Below are positions 1 to 11,062 of a stretch of 36,121 bases of DNA, piece after piece. The stretch is from Hydrurus foetidus (lineage: Eukaryota). The translations under genes and the position numbers were made by a program. Under the pieces are notes generated by a model. That model was given only the letters and a program-made list of their open reading frames with translations, searched no databases and was not told where the DNA came from. Position 1 is the stretch's first letter; every line of letters begins with the position of its first letter. Where the stretch lies: positions 1 through 36,121 of the forward strand of contig UYFQ01000765.1 of assembly GCA_900617105.1 (NCBI GenBank), given 5' to 3'.

Positions 1-1440
1 TGGGCTAAGCATTGCAACGTTTGTTTTCGCTACAATTACTCCTACAGCTCTTTCAGCTACACCACCAGCATGTTTGTCTCTTGATGGTGTGCGTTCAAGT
101 TGATACCCTTTTGAACTAACAAATGCTGAGAATTCATTTGATCTATAATTTCTTTCCGGGTCAAGTCGAATGAACCGACGAGTATCGGTATCATGGACAT
201 ACTGCCATTCAGGATGTTGATTAAATAATTTTAACTCTGAGCACATAGTTCATGAGCTGACCTATCTTTTGTATAAACCGGATAACAACGACGCGTTGCT
301 AAATCCGTATAAATATCACAATGTTTATATCCTCTTGCGGAATAGCAGTTGTGCTGGTATGCATCCAGAGAGAAACATTGTCCTGGTTTAACAGGAAGAT
401 CTCTATGTTCTCTTCTGTGATCAGTCCCAGTTTGATGCATGGTGCCATATACGCAACCTTTGCATGGACCGCGTTGTTTATTTGCATCTTCTTCAGTAAA
501 TTTTGCATTTGTAGAATTCTTTAGATGCCATAACATTCCAATATTTCCGGGATGTCCGGTCACCATGTGTACGTGGTCATATAAGGACACGGGTTTAAAT
601 TGTGTCAAATATAATGTTGCTGGGATATTTGTTTTTATTAATGTTTCTTTACAACTATGATAAGGTGTTTTTTTAACTACGTCTTTGTTACTAACAACTT
701 TATTAATTACTTTTTCTTCATTTTGATTATAGACATATACACCATTTGATATGTAACCACGAATAATCTCCACTCCTAATTTATCTATTAATGCTAATGC
801 TTCTCTAATAGATTCTATTGAAAAACATCTCATTCCTTCTGATGTAAAGATAACAACATTTTGTGAGCCGGATAGTCCGCCATTACATAATTGAGATATT
901 GAAATTAATGTTTCTTTCATCCCTTCCATAAGTATAATGTCTAGACCCAATGGTCCATATAGTCCTGTCGCTTTTGATTCTATGGCGGGACCGAAAGCTG
1001 GAGTTGCTTTGATACCCTGACCATATATTATGTGACGTAGGAGTGTAGGATCAGATGTGGCACATGTTGACGCACCAGAGTCGAATATTATTTGTCCTTG
1101 CATTTTCATTGATTTAATATTTTGATTTATTCTTAGAGATTTCAATTGTTTTTCTATTGGTTGAATATTATTACTTTCATTAATTTCATTTGATTCGTTC
1201 ATATTATCATCACTTTTAGATTCATTTAACTTTAATCTTTTTGAATCATGTTCTTTTACTAAACTTTCAAATTTATTTTTATATCTAATTTGTCTTTCTT
1301 CCAAGTTTTCATTTTCATTTTCATCATCATCATCACTAATATCTTTTTCAAATTCTGTTATTGCATCTTTATATACTACATGTTCTTCACCTTCATTTAT
1401 ATTACTATCTAATTCGGGTTCTGGTTCTGGTTCTGGTTTG
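1..1440 (-). pseudogene. pol: Copia pol: aspartic protease and integrase (frameshifted near 232)
   Basis: ORF 231-1304 carries DSGA and the HHCC motif; its frame is open upstream to about 1440 (PEPEPEPELDSN..). After a 1-nt shift at about 232 it reads LFNQHPEW..RFIRLDPERNY..KHAGGVAERAVGVIVAKTNVAML to the window edge. Confidence 0.85.
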
Positions 1441-4400
1441 TTGATTCACATCATATCCTTTTAAGTTTCTGTATTTTCCAAGCTTCTCATAATCTACAAT
1501 TCTTACACCTCCAACATATTCAATGTATTTGGGTGTTTCAATATTAAATGGAGGTGATTTGACAGATTCCATTGATATCGGACTATCAGGAATATCAACT
1601 CTATCATATGACATATCACTTGATTCATCATCACTTTGATCTGATGTATGAATATACATTGGTGGCAATTCTTCTGTTGTTCTTGTTACTACATCTACAT
1701 CAAAAATCGGTGATTGAGCTCTGTCATATAAGACTGTTATCATTGGTCTTTTTACCACGTCTTTTGATGTTTGATGTGCGTGTATTAATTCATCTAATTC
1801 ATTCGTTAATGGTGATGACAATGTTCTTTTCACCAAGTCATTAATTGGTCTTACTAATCTTGCTATTACTAAGAATGCATCTCTAATTCCAAACATAACA
1901 AACGATGGATCATTTTCTTTAAGTATATCCATCTTCAATGATCTTCTTAATAAGTCTTCTTTGTCCAGATTTGAATTTTCGTGATAATATCCAACATGTT
2001 GTCCCGCAAATGCTACAAAGTCAAAGATTATTGCGTGCAAAACTGTATCAATGAATAATGTGTTATTAATTACTTCATTGAATTGTGTATATTGATCAAG
2101 ACGTTTAATTACTTCCGCATATTCACTAACACAAGTCATTTGAGACCAATAGTGTCCTGGTCGAGTTGAAGGAATATATTTTTCCGTCACCCCGTCAATA
2201 CAGTATGGATTGAATTTCATAAAGTGATGAGGTCCGGCTTTTTCATCAGCAGGAGGAAGAACTATACATGCTTGTAATAGTGTAGCTCCTATCTGATACA
2301 TCAGGTGCATCCATTTAACTGTTGGAGTGCGGATATCCTTTCTACGTGTAGTATATGAATTTTTATGCCACCCAAATAAATCAGTATACTGATTAGATCT
2401 TTCTTGATTATCTTTAATCGTTCTTTTGTTTTTGAATAAGAAAATGTACGGAACTATTGTTGTTTCAGGATCATTTCTATTATATTCCATTACATATAAA
2501 TGAAACAAATAGTATTGTTCAGCTAACAATATTGCGGCATTTATTGCCCTTTGAGGAATAGAACATGCAGAATAGTTGTTTTGGACATTCTGGAGTAGAG
2601 ATCTTCGATGACTTTTCATTTCATTTTGATTCATTTTTCCATTGTAAATTTTATTTTTATATTCTTGATTCTGCCTATCAGTTTTTATTATTCTCTGATC
2701 ATTGGGTGTTATTCGCACTCGCATTAAGGTATTGTGTTTTTCTTCATTTGACTGATAAGGTGGTGCAGAAGGGTTACCCCAACTTGAGAATGCACGCACC
2801 TGATGTTCAGTTTCAGTATCTTGAGATCGCATCCAATTTAATCTTTTAATTTGCGCTTTTGAATATCCACCCCGTACATTCGGATCACCAACTTTCGGTC
2901 CTACTGAGTCAATTTGTGCCTGACTTAAGTCAAATTGTACTGACTTTTTATAAGGAATTGTATTTGGTTGGGGTTGTTGGATTTTATTTTCATTGTCTGG
3001 ATTCATTTCATGCTTGTATTTGCATGTTGGTCTGTTACAAGTTCCTTTTTGAAATCCAAAACAATAACCACCATTCTTAACCGGTCTTTTGCTTTCTCCA
3101 GCATTGTCCGGTAAGGATCTAGCATCTTGAATTTTATTTTTATTATTAATATCATAATTATAAGCTGGATTATATTGTGTTTGTTTACCCGGATTTTGCG
3201 GTGGATTTGACAAAGATTGATATTGATTTAATTTTGCTTGAGACTGATTTTGAATTGTATTTTGATACAGAGAATATTCAGAGCTACTTGACGTTTCAGG
3301 AAAAGATGTTACACTCGCCATGCGAATGACCGCTGTTTCAGGCGGCATTGCATCTGCGACTCTCAACATAATTCCCATCGACTCATTATAACTTGTGTTA
3401 TTCACGACACAAGCAGCAAATGATGAAGCGATCTTAGGTCTTGGGTCAGCATCTAACCGATCTGATACCCAAGCCATTTTCTCGACGTCAGTCATCATTC
3501 TACTCTGTGCGTGTTCTAGATTAGAGAATAATTGTTCCCATTTAGAGTATTCTAATCTAAAATGAACACTTGGATTTATTTGGTACGTGTCCAGCGCTTT
3601 TCTTGCGAATTTCACGTCCTGTTGCTTTTGACCGAAGATGTAGCTGATCATTTCTCGATAAGATGCAATTCCGTTTCGTAACTTTTGATGTATTATAGAT
3701 ATATTATGATGCAAAGTTTTTGAAAACATAATGTAAACTAGAGAAAATAGTCTATCATTATCATGAATATAGTGGAATGCATCATCTTCTTCGAGAACTA
3801 CTCTTTCGATAATTGGCTCCGATGATAGTGAGTCAATTGATGTCTCATCTTCATATTCAACTCTAGGAACTAATATAATTTTTCTAACTGAGAACCCATG
3901 AATATTTTCGTCTGTCATTATTGGCTCGGTACGATGACCTTCAATGAGGGTGAGTAACCCCGTTGTTGACAGTACCGAATGTATCATACGCAGACGGTGA
4001 AATTTGTCTGGCGTATTTATGTCAATGATATATTTCGATATTTCTGATATTAGCACCGTTTAATTTCGTTGGTAGTGTATTCGTTTGACCATCTTTTCAC
4101 ATGGTTTTTTCTTCGAATATTTATTTGTTTGTTCATCGTCACTACTGCTGCTATCCTTATCCCAAAATTCTGACTGCTTCGGCGTTGTTCCGATTTTGGT
4201 ATTGTTGTTCTTATTCGAGTCCTTTCGACCATTTATTATCGTTATTGAGGAATCGCTCGAAAAATTTTTGCAAGGGTTTCCCCCGTAATTCAATCTACTA
4301 GAAATTTTGCTACTACTGACGGACGATTCATTATCGGACGGCATAGGACTAGATGGACTTGACGGACGGAGGTTTGTAAGAATCGCTCTCATCTCAGTGT

Positions 4401-4701
4401 TCCTAGACGAGGGTTGATCGCCTAGCGGCAGATCCACCCTTGGCGCGATGTCGATTAACCCTAACGGGTTATCTATAATCGGGCGCTCATCTCTTAACAA
4501 CTGGATTTGGGCGATTCTTCTATCTAAAGCTGCCCGGAATTGAGGGCTTTCCTCATCGATTACAACACCGATGGGAGGCTCCTCAATTCCTAATGCAGGG
4601 GTCAGAGAGAGAGTAGGGATTATTGGGTTAGGTGTTGGCACCGGAGGCTCTTCGTCTTCTTCTGACGAGAATGGCCCCGGGCCTTTCTTTCCTTTGACCA
4701 T
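1405..4701 (-). pseudogene. gag: Copia Gag-like polyprotein with CCCH zinc finger and an extra unknown domain
   Basis: ORFs 4060-4701 and 1405-4056 are in the same frame, separated by one TAA (4060-4062). Helical capsid-like region, then C-x7-C-x4-C-x3-H (CFGFQKGTCNRPTCKYKH, 3010-3063). Joins pol by a frameshift near 1440. Confidence 0.72.
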
Positions 4702-4991
4702 GCTTCTCTTGGGCGGAGGATTTAAAGAACTATCTTTGAAGTCTTGAAATCTTCAATCGCTGCCATGTGAGTTGCCATGGGATGGCACGAGGTCGGGAGG
4801 ACATATTGCAAATGGCCAAACGAAGGTTGAGAGGTTTGGTTAGTAAATTCTTTTTTAGGAATTAGAAACTGGCACGGAGGCCACAAAGCATAAAATCATG
4901 TTGCACATCATTTCTACCTGCCGTACAATAATAAGATCTCAATCGTCATGCGCATGCAATTTGACTGGCTCTCGTAGATTTGCATCTACGT

Positions 4992-5282
4992 TGTTGTATA
5001 GGCGAGATAGTAGCTACTCAACTGTAAATATGACGTTTGTACTAAAAGCTAGACTTTTGGTACCAAGTACCGGATAAATACTATACAGCTGTGGTTATTA
5101 TGGTGTAACAATGGCAATATACGTGATACGAATTGGCATTGAGGAAGCGACTTGGTGCACATTGCACACCAATAACAATCTACAAAATGTGTTTACTTAT
5201 GATATCCTATCATGCTAATTGTTGATTATACAAATGGTAATATACAGCTATAACTAGCACTTATCGCTGTTATATACCGACA
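4992..5282 (-). repeat. Probable 5' LTR of the Copia element
   Basis: AT-rich 291 bp bounded by TG..CA with imperfect inverted ends (TGTTGTATA / TATACCGACA). GC-rich YR-element coding sequence starts abruptly at 5283. The second LTR is outside the window. Confidence 0.6.
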
Positions 5283-6212
5283 CTCCAGGTTGAGGAATAT
5301 GCTAGGGTGATTAACGAACAGTCTACGCTACAGATTAGCGAACGAGACCCCGGATTCAAATGCTGCGGTCTGCTCGATAGGGTCTATGGTCTGAGCTTCT
5401 CAGTCGACATTCCGTTGCTCAAGAAACTGCTTACCGGCGATTTCGGTGGTCCCCTTGGGGATGCTTTGGACCTACAAAAATTTGCTGGGAGGACGGTCAA
5501 GATTCCAGTCGAGCTCACACCGTGCACACAGCAGAACAGAGCCCTAGTGGTGGCGATCAAGAACATGGAACTGGTATTCGTGATCTTCTACGGGTCTGCG
5601 TTTCACAAGTCGACCAATCGTTTTGTCGACCTGTTGGAGGGACTCCATCGGCCCCTGGAACTCGCACCGTCCGGATTCCTCCTGTACTCATTGGAGGTAG
5701 CGTTGTCAAAATTCTTTAGGACATTGCGCATGGCTACGACCACGTCTAATAAGACCCTCCGAGATGTCAGCAGTCCAACTGCATGCGCTGCTTATTTGAG
5801 CGCGGTGCTCAAGGACTTTGTGAGTGCACTCAACACACAAGAAAAACTGAATGAAGCCATGGCGAGGTACCAGCTGCTCGACTATCGAGGTCGTCTTGGT
5901 AATCAAACCAAGGGAGCCGCTGGAGCTTCCAAGACAGAAGCGAAGGCCAAAACGGCACCCTCTCCCGCAAACATTGCAGTGACGAAGGCAGTGTGCGGGG
6001 AACATTTTGCGGGGCAACTGAAGGCACAAGATCCAAAAACGTCACGTACATTCTCCTGTACGTACGGCGACGGTTGTCGATTCGCTCACGATGACATCAG
6101 CAGATGGACTGAAGACAAGAAGTCGGCGACTGCCGCTACCCTCGCGTACAGGTTCCGCCAGCCTTCATTGGATGCTCTCGGTAAGGTCAAAAACGGCAAG
6201 ACCCGTGTATGA
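5283..6212 (+). CDS. gag: Gag-like protein of the YR retrotransposon (C-terminal part)
   Basis: Open frame from the insertion junction (LQVEEYARVINEQ..) to TGA at 6210-6212. C-terminal C-x20-C-x5-C-x3-H finger (CGEH..CTYGDGCRFAH). Lies directly upstream of RT. Confidence 0.7.
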   Translation, partial: LQVEEYARVINEQSTLQISERDPGFKCCGLLDRVYGLSFSVDIPLLKKLLTGDFGGPLGDALDLQKFAGRTVKIPVELTPCTQQNRALVVAIKNMELVFVIFYGSAFHKSTNRFVDLLEGLHRPLELAPSGFLLYSLEVALSKFFRTLRMATTTSNKTLRDVSSPTACAAYLSAVLKDFVSALNTQEKLNEAMARYQLLDYRGRLGNQTKGAAGASKTEAKAKTAPSPANIAVTKAVCGEHFAGQLKAQDPKTSRTFSCTYGDGCRFAHDDISRWTEDKKSATAATLAYRFRQPSLDALGKVKNGKTRV

Positions 6213-8118
6213 CTACCTGAGGAGAGTAAAGAGAAACTCAACAGGGTCAGAGAGGTGCTACCCATCATCCCGCTAGTGCTGATAGATGAGATCAGTAGCA
6301 TGGCGGATTCATATTTTTCTCGCTCAAGTCGGTTACCTCGCGCATATCTCGAAGCAGTGGTCAGCGAGGCAATCGCAGCATCGGATGAGCAGTATGGAAT
6401 CGATGCAGCGGTAGCATGGGCAGGTGGCTACACCTTCCCGAGAGCCATGTTGTTGAGCGACATGAAGTGTTTTCAGGCTGCCCAACTGGACCTAGTGGTG
6501 ATGGTACGCCGGAGATTGAAAATCTTATCCGGAGACAGGCTTAGTAGCGCGAGAGTGGAGCGCCTAAGGTCAGACAATCCCGAGAGGGACCTCCTTCATG
6601 ACCTAGCGATTGGCATGCGAGTACCCCTGCCGACTGACTTTGTGCCGAACGGTACCCAACCATCAGCAGCCTTGAGGAGTACGTACCTGAAGGTAGACAC
6701 CGCAGTGAATAAGATGCTTGGCAGTATTGTGGAACAGAGGTTGGCATTCCTATTACCAAAGGATTTAGCCGTACAATGCATACCCAACCTGCATCTCGGA
6801 GCTGCACATTGGACACCCAAGAAGGGGAAGCCTAGTGGGAGGCCAATAGGAGACCTCACCTACGTTACCGGGACTCCCCTGAACAGTGAAGAAACCACCA
6901 CAGCTGCAGCAGTGCGATATGGTGTGATCAAGCACCCGACCATCGCAGAGATAGTGCGCATGATGATGTCGTTTTGGGAGAAGGCTGTGGAGTCGAACGC
7001 AGCAGTGCAGTGGAGTCATCTACGCCTTTGGAAGATGGACCTGAAAGGAGCGTACACTCTTCTTTCGTTTCGTCCTGAGGATGCCGGCTTATTCGGTATG
7101 GAAGTCACCGGCGGCCTAGTCTACTTACAGATAGCTGGTATATTTGGATGGGCATGCACGCCGGCTGCCTTCCAAACTATCACTCGAGCCATCAAATGGG
7201 AGCTCTCGCACAGTCTGAGAAGCTCCATTGAGATGTACGTTGATGACATCATCGGCGTATGCTTCGAAGAAGATCTCGCGGAAGATCTCGTACGTGCCAG
7301 GGGAGTATGTACGGACCTACTCGGATCCTCGGCAGTGGCAGATGATAAGACAGAGTGGGGAAGGCGACTGGATATCATTGGCTTCACGGTCGATCTAGAC
7401 CTAATGAGTGTCACTATCTCGCGAAAGAATTTTCTTAACACCCTATACGGCTTCATGTCGATCGACCTGGAGGCACCTATTTCGCTGCGTGTGGCTCAAA
7501 GGCTAGCATCGTGGGGGAGTAGATACGGGTCAATATGTCGAGCCATGCGGCCATTTAGTGCGGCCCTCCATAGGATGGCCGCAGGGAGAACCACACGCAT
7601 GTCAACTTTTCTCGTGAACAGTGAGGCAAATTTAGCTATCCGGCTGTGGGAATCTCTGCGAATTTATCGGCGCGATGCTTGGGCTGGCCGGCTTAAGCAA
7701 ACTCGGTATCAGAGGAGTAGACGTAACGATGAGGGGAGACAGCATTTCTGCCCTCACGTGGGTGAGCACGGAGAGATATAGAGGCGTGAATGTCTCGAAC
7801 GCCTCCATGGTGTTTACTATGCTCTATATTAACCAAGAGTTAGTCGTCAAGGAGTCTGTACACCTACCTGGCAGTGATAATGGCAGATGTGACGCACTCT
7901 CTCGTCTATGGGAGTCGGGGAAGACTATGAAAGAAGTGATGACGAGCATCGAACTTGAGAATAGCAGAGAGGTGGACCTCCAAGGTTGTCAGCATGTTCA
8001 AAACCTCCTCACAAGTTGCGACCCGTCCATTAAATTCAATGCAGTAGCGGATTTCCTCGGTTTCTGGGGGGGGCGTCAGGGACGCTTTGGAGGGGGTGGT
8101 CAACGGAGTGTAGGGTAG
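6213..8118 (+). pseudogene. pol: Reverse transcriptase / RNase H of the YR retrotransposon, with an internal deletion
   Basis: RT motifs GRPIGDLT, LWKMDLKGAY, IFGWACTP, MYVDD, IIGFTVD. RNase H C-terminal half (NLCEFIGAMLG, GDSISAL, HLPGSDNGRCDALSR) is in another frame. The segment holding the first RNase H aspartate is missing at about 7650. Confidence 0.9.
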
Positions 8119-8326
8119 GGGGATAGGGAGGGATGGGATGAAGGGGGATAGAAAGGGATGGGATGAGGGGCGGAAGGGGATGGGAGAGGGTGAAAGAAGC
8201 AGGGATGAAGGCATAGGAGACGCTGCAACTGATGTAGCCTCATTACTACTCGATGTGGGTGGGGAACAAATACTAACAGTTACATTATCCCTACACGCTG
8301 TTTTGAAACAGGTCACTCAGGACTTA

Positions 8327-8588
8327 CAGCGCACATATACGAAAAATGTCGACGTCCAAAAGCGACCAAAAAAGCAAAAACCAAAACCTCCAAAATTTCC
8401 AAAACATCGGTTTTCATTTTGAGGTTTTGGTTTCCTTCCCACAGGTCGAGATGGGAAGAAAACCAAAACCTCCGATTTCAAAAACCTCTCAAAAACCTCT
8501 CAAAAACCTCTTTTGAAAAATTTATCGGTTTTCAATTTTCGGTTTTGGGGTAGGTTTTGACGTCGACAATTTTCGTATATGTGCGACG
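8327..8588. mobile_element. Harbinger-type (Tourist-like) MITE, copy 1
   Basis: TTA at 8324-8326 and 8589-8591. TIR CAGCGCACATATACGAAAAATGTCGACGTC vs reverse complement CGTCGCACATATACGAAAATTGTCGACGTC. Second copy at 11232-11495. Confidence 0.88.
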
Positions 8589-8591
8589 TTA

Positions 8592-9771
8592 CGGCCGAGG
8601 GTAAAGCTGTACTAGGGGACTTCCTGAGGAAGTCGGTCACAACGGGAACAGCGAAAACATACGATGGTCAGTGGCATGGGTGGTGCGAATTCATCGACAA
8701 CATAGAATGGGGGAAGGACCCATACATGAGAGAGGAGCGTGAGGATGATAAGGCGGCGCTAGTGGCTTTGTACCTACAGAGTCGGTATGATAAGGGAGCC
8801 CGTGGCAAAAGTGCGACATCAGTCACAGCTGGTCTGCGGCACTCCTTCATGACAGCACTTCTGCCATGTCAATTCCTGGACTCACCTATTATTGTAGCAG
8901 CTCGGACGGCATGCAGACTGAGCACGACAGAGCTACGGGAGAAAAGGAACGAGGGTGCGAGTACCAGTGTGAAGCTCCCCTATGCGAGAGCATTCTGATC
9001 AGGATGAGGCACCGCTTATGGGTGAGTTGTGGGTGGGACCGGGGGGATAGATCAGAAGATGATCTACCTGGCAGCGATGTGGGCGTACAATATGGACGCA
9101 CGGGTGAGTGAGTACACGGCACCGGAGAGAGGGGGCGAGGACCACTGTGTACGAGTGGGCGACCTAGATTTCGAGATGGTGTGTGGGGAAAGAAAGAAAG
9201 GGGGCAGATGCTGCCTGGGTCAGAGTCAGTAGTCGCCTGCTGGGTGAAGGCATCATCCCAGAAGACGGGCTCATTTATGAAAATGAAGCTGATAGGGAGA
9301 AGGACCCCGGAAGAGGGTCAGTTCCTGGATGACCTCATAAGCTGGGTGACTCACTCAGGGGTGACTGAAGCTGACAGACTCTTTTCTCGGTACACTGAGC
9401 TTAAATGCGGAAGAAGGTCGAAGAAAGAGCTCACTGCGAGGATGATAAGGGACCAGATAAAGGAGACGTGCGCACTGGAGAACCTACCAGCTGAGCATTT
9501 CTCAAGTCACTCATTGCGCAAGGCCGCTACGACTCACATGCGGGCGCTTGGAGCATCGGAGGAGGATATGAGAGATAGAGGAGGGTATGCATCCGGATCG
9601 AGGGTGATGACATACACCTATGACTACTCGTCCGCGGGCCATGGGCCACTCTCCTCGAATGCACTAAACGGAGGTGCCCGCCCTGATGTTCAAGACATCC
9701 TGCGGTTCATACCACAAGCAAGGAACACGGACAGGGCTCACCTTGGACTGTTGGGTGAAGGTGATCGCTAA
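8592..9771 (+). pseudogene. Tyrosine recombinase (frameshifted; N-terminus interrupted by the MITE)
   Basis: Fragments 8579-8998, 9029-9232 and 9181-9771 give an N-terminal core-binding-like region (TAKTYDGQWHGWCEF), catalytic R (ARVSEYT), K (SQKTG), HxxR (SHSLRK) and a C-terminal RGGY..TY. Confidence 0.88.
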
Positions 9772-10172
9772 CCTAGACCAGAACCCAGACCCACCGGTTG
9801 GCTGAGTAAGATCGAGCCGGCGGTGTTGGAGTCTTGGGGGAGGCGCCTGGGCACACTAGTGCACCCTAAGTAGGGCAATTCAACGGTAACTAATGCAACT
9901 GCCCCACATGAAATAGTAAGTACGTACGTTCCACTTTGTATCGACGGCCTTTTAGAGGCGCACGGACATCTTCAGTGACGTACAGACATCGCAACTGAGC
10001 ATGAACGTACGTACGGACAGGGTGTGAGATCGTACGTACGTACGTTCAAATGTGAGAATGTGAACGTACGATCCGTACGAAACGAAGATTGTGAATCCGG
10101 GTATGTACGTTCTAGACCGTACATACCCATATGCGAACCAGAGGGTCGAGACCGTGTAGAGAAAGAGAATTA
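9757..10172 (+). repeat. Split direct repeat B1 of the YR retrotransposon
   Basis: 416 bp, repeated at 10647-11062 (offset 890) with 6 substitutions counted by eye. Confidence 0.9.
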
Positions 10173-10646
10173 AGTGACGCCGGGAACTTGTGCACTTGCG
10201 GATTGGGTTCTCTGGATCGAAGTCGGATCGGAACCGGTGCGAGCCGCTCCTTTTCAGATCCAAAGTACAAAAGGCTTGTATACGAAATTCCTTGCGAAAT
10301 TTTGAGAGGTAGAGTACAGGACAGAACACAGAGCGGATGTAGATGTAGAACACAATACAACACCTGTTTTCAGTTTTGTGTGCGCACGCATACTATACGG
10401 TTCTGTACACATCCCACTGAGTGTTTGTCGCAAACTTTTCAGTTTGTTGCAACTTGTGGTGCAAGTCTTCGGTGTATATACTTAGTGTATTTAGGTTGAA
10501 TATCATACAGTTTTAACACGTTTTCTTACTGAATCTTTCAAGTTAAAGAGATTTTTCACCCCGTAGCCAGCCATACCTATCATGTTGTTTTGTTGTTGTT
10601 TTTTGTTATTTTGTCTTGCCCGACCACTACTGTGCCCGGGAGGGTC
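10173..10646 (+). repeat. Probable A2 repeat (copy of the element's 5' terminus)
   Basis: Unique segment between B1 and B2, the position expected in an A1-ORFs-B1-A2-B2 structure. Patchy similarity to 29270-29560, upstream of another gag-like ORF. A1 is not in the window. Confidence 0.55.
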
Positions 10647-11062
10647 GAAGGTGATCGCTAACCTAGACCAGAACCCAGACCCACCGGTTGGCTGAGTAAG
10701 ATCGAGCCGGCGGTGTTGGAGTCTTGGGGGAGGCGCCTGGGCACACTAGTGCACCCTAAGTAGGGCAATTCAACGGTAACTAATGCAACTGCCCCACATG
10801 AAATAGTAAGTACGTACGTTCCACTTTGTATCGACGGCCTCTTAGAGGCGCACGGACATCTTCAGTGACGTACAGACATCGCAACTGAGCATGAACGTAC
10901 GTACGGACAGGGTGTGAGATCGTACGTACGTACGTTCAAATGTGAGAATGTGAACGTACGATCCGTACGAAACGAAGATTGTGGATCCGGGTATGTACAT
11001 TCAAGACCGTACATACCCATATGCGAACCAGAAGGTCGAGACCGTGTAGAGAAAAAGAATTA
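10647..11062 (+). repeat. Split direct repeat B2 of the YR retrotransposon
   Basis: Near-identical copy of 9757-10172. Confidence 0.9.

Larger units (their letters stand above)
1..5282 (-). mobile_element. Ty1/Copia LTR retrotransposon (5' part: LTR, gag, protease, integrase; runs off the left edge)
   Basis: Minus-strand domain order Gag - protease (IIFDSGAST) - pre-integrase HHCC (HVHMVTGH..CKGC) - integrase (FSLDAY, IRLDPE, GGVAERA). Integrase directly after protease is the Copia order. Candidate LTR at 4992-5282. Confidence 0.88.
5283..11062 (+). mobile_element. Tyrosine-recombinase retrotransposon (DIRS order, Ngaro/PAT-like split-direct-repeat type), 5' end cut off by the Copia insertion
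   Basis: gag-like ORF, RT, RNase H and tyrosine recombinase in that order, no DDE integrase or protease, followed by two 416-bp direct repeats separated by 474 bp. Confidence 0.9.

Noticed and set aside
4060..4062. In-frame TAA in Copia gag (also 20578 and 22991) as programmed readthrough
   Set aside because: No recognised readthrough context, and the positions are not at a gag/pol boundary; more likely nonsense mutations or errors.
8320..8596. Alternative MITE boundaries GGAC..GGCC that would join ORF 8138-8422 to YR in frame
   Set aside because: The exact TTA duplication, the second copy and similarity to element B ends support 8327-8588.
6255..9771. RT next to a tyrosine recombinase read as a prokaryotic retron, DGR or defence island
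   Set aside because: The RT is of LTR/DIRS type with RNase H, gag and split direct repeats, and the window is eukaryotic with spliceosomal introns.
9757..11062. 416-bp direct repeats as LTRs of a TRIM or as a simple tandem duplication
   Set aside because: No TG..CA ends, PBS or PPT; position directly after YR fits split direct repeats.
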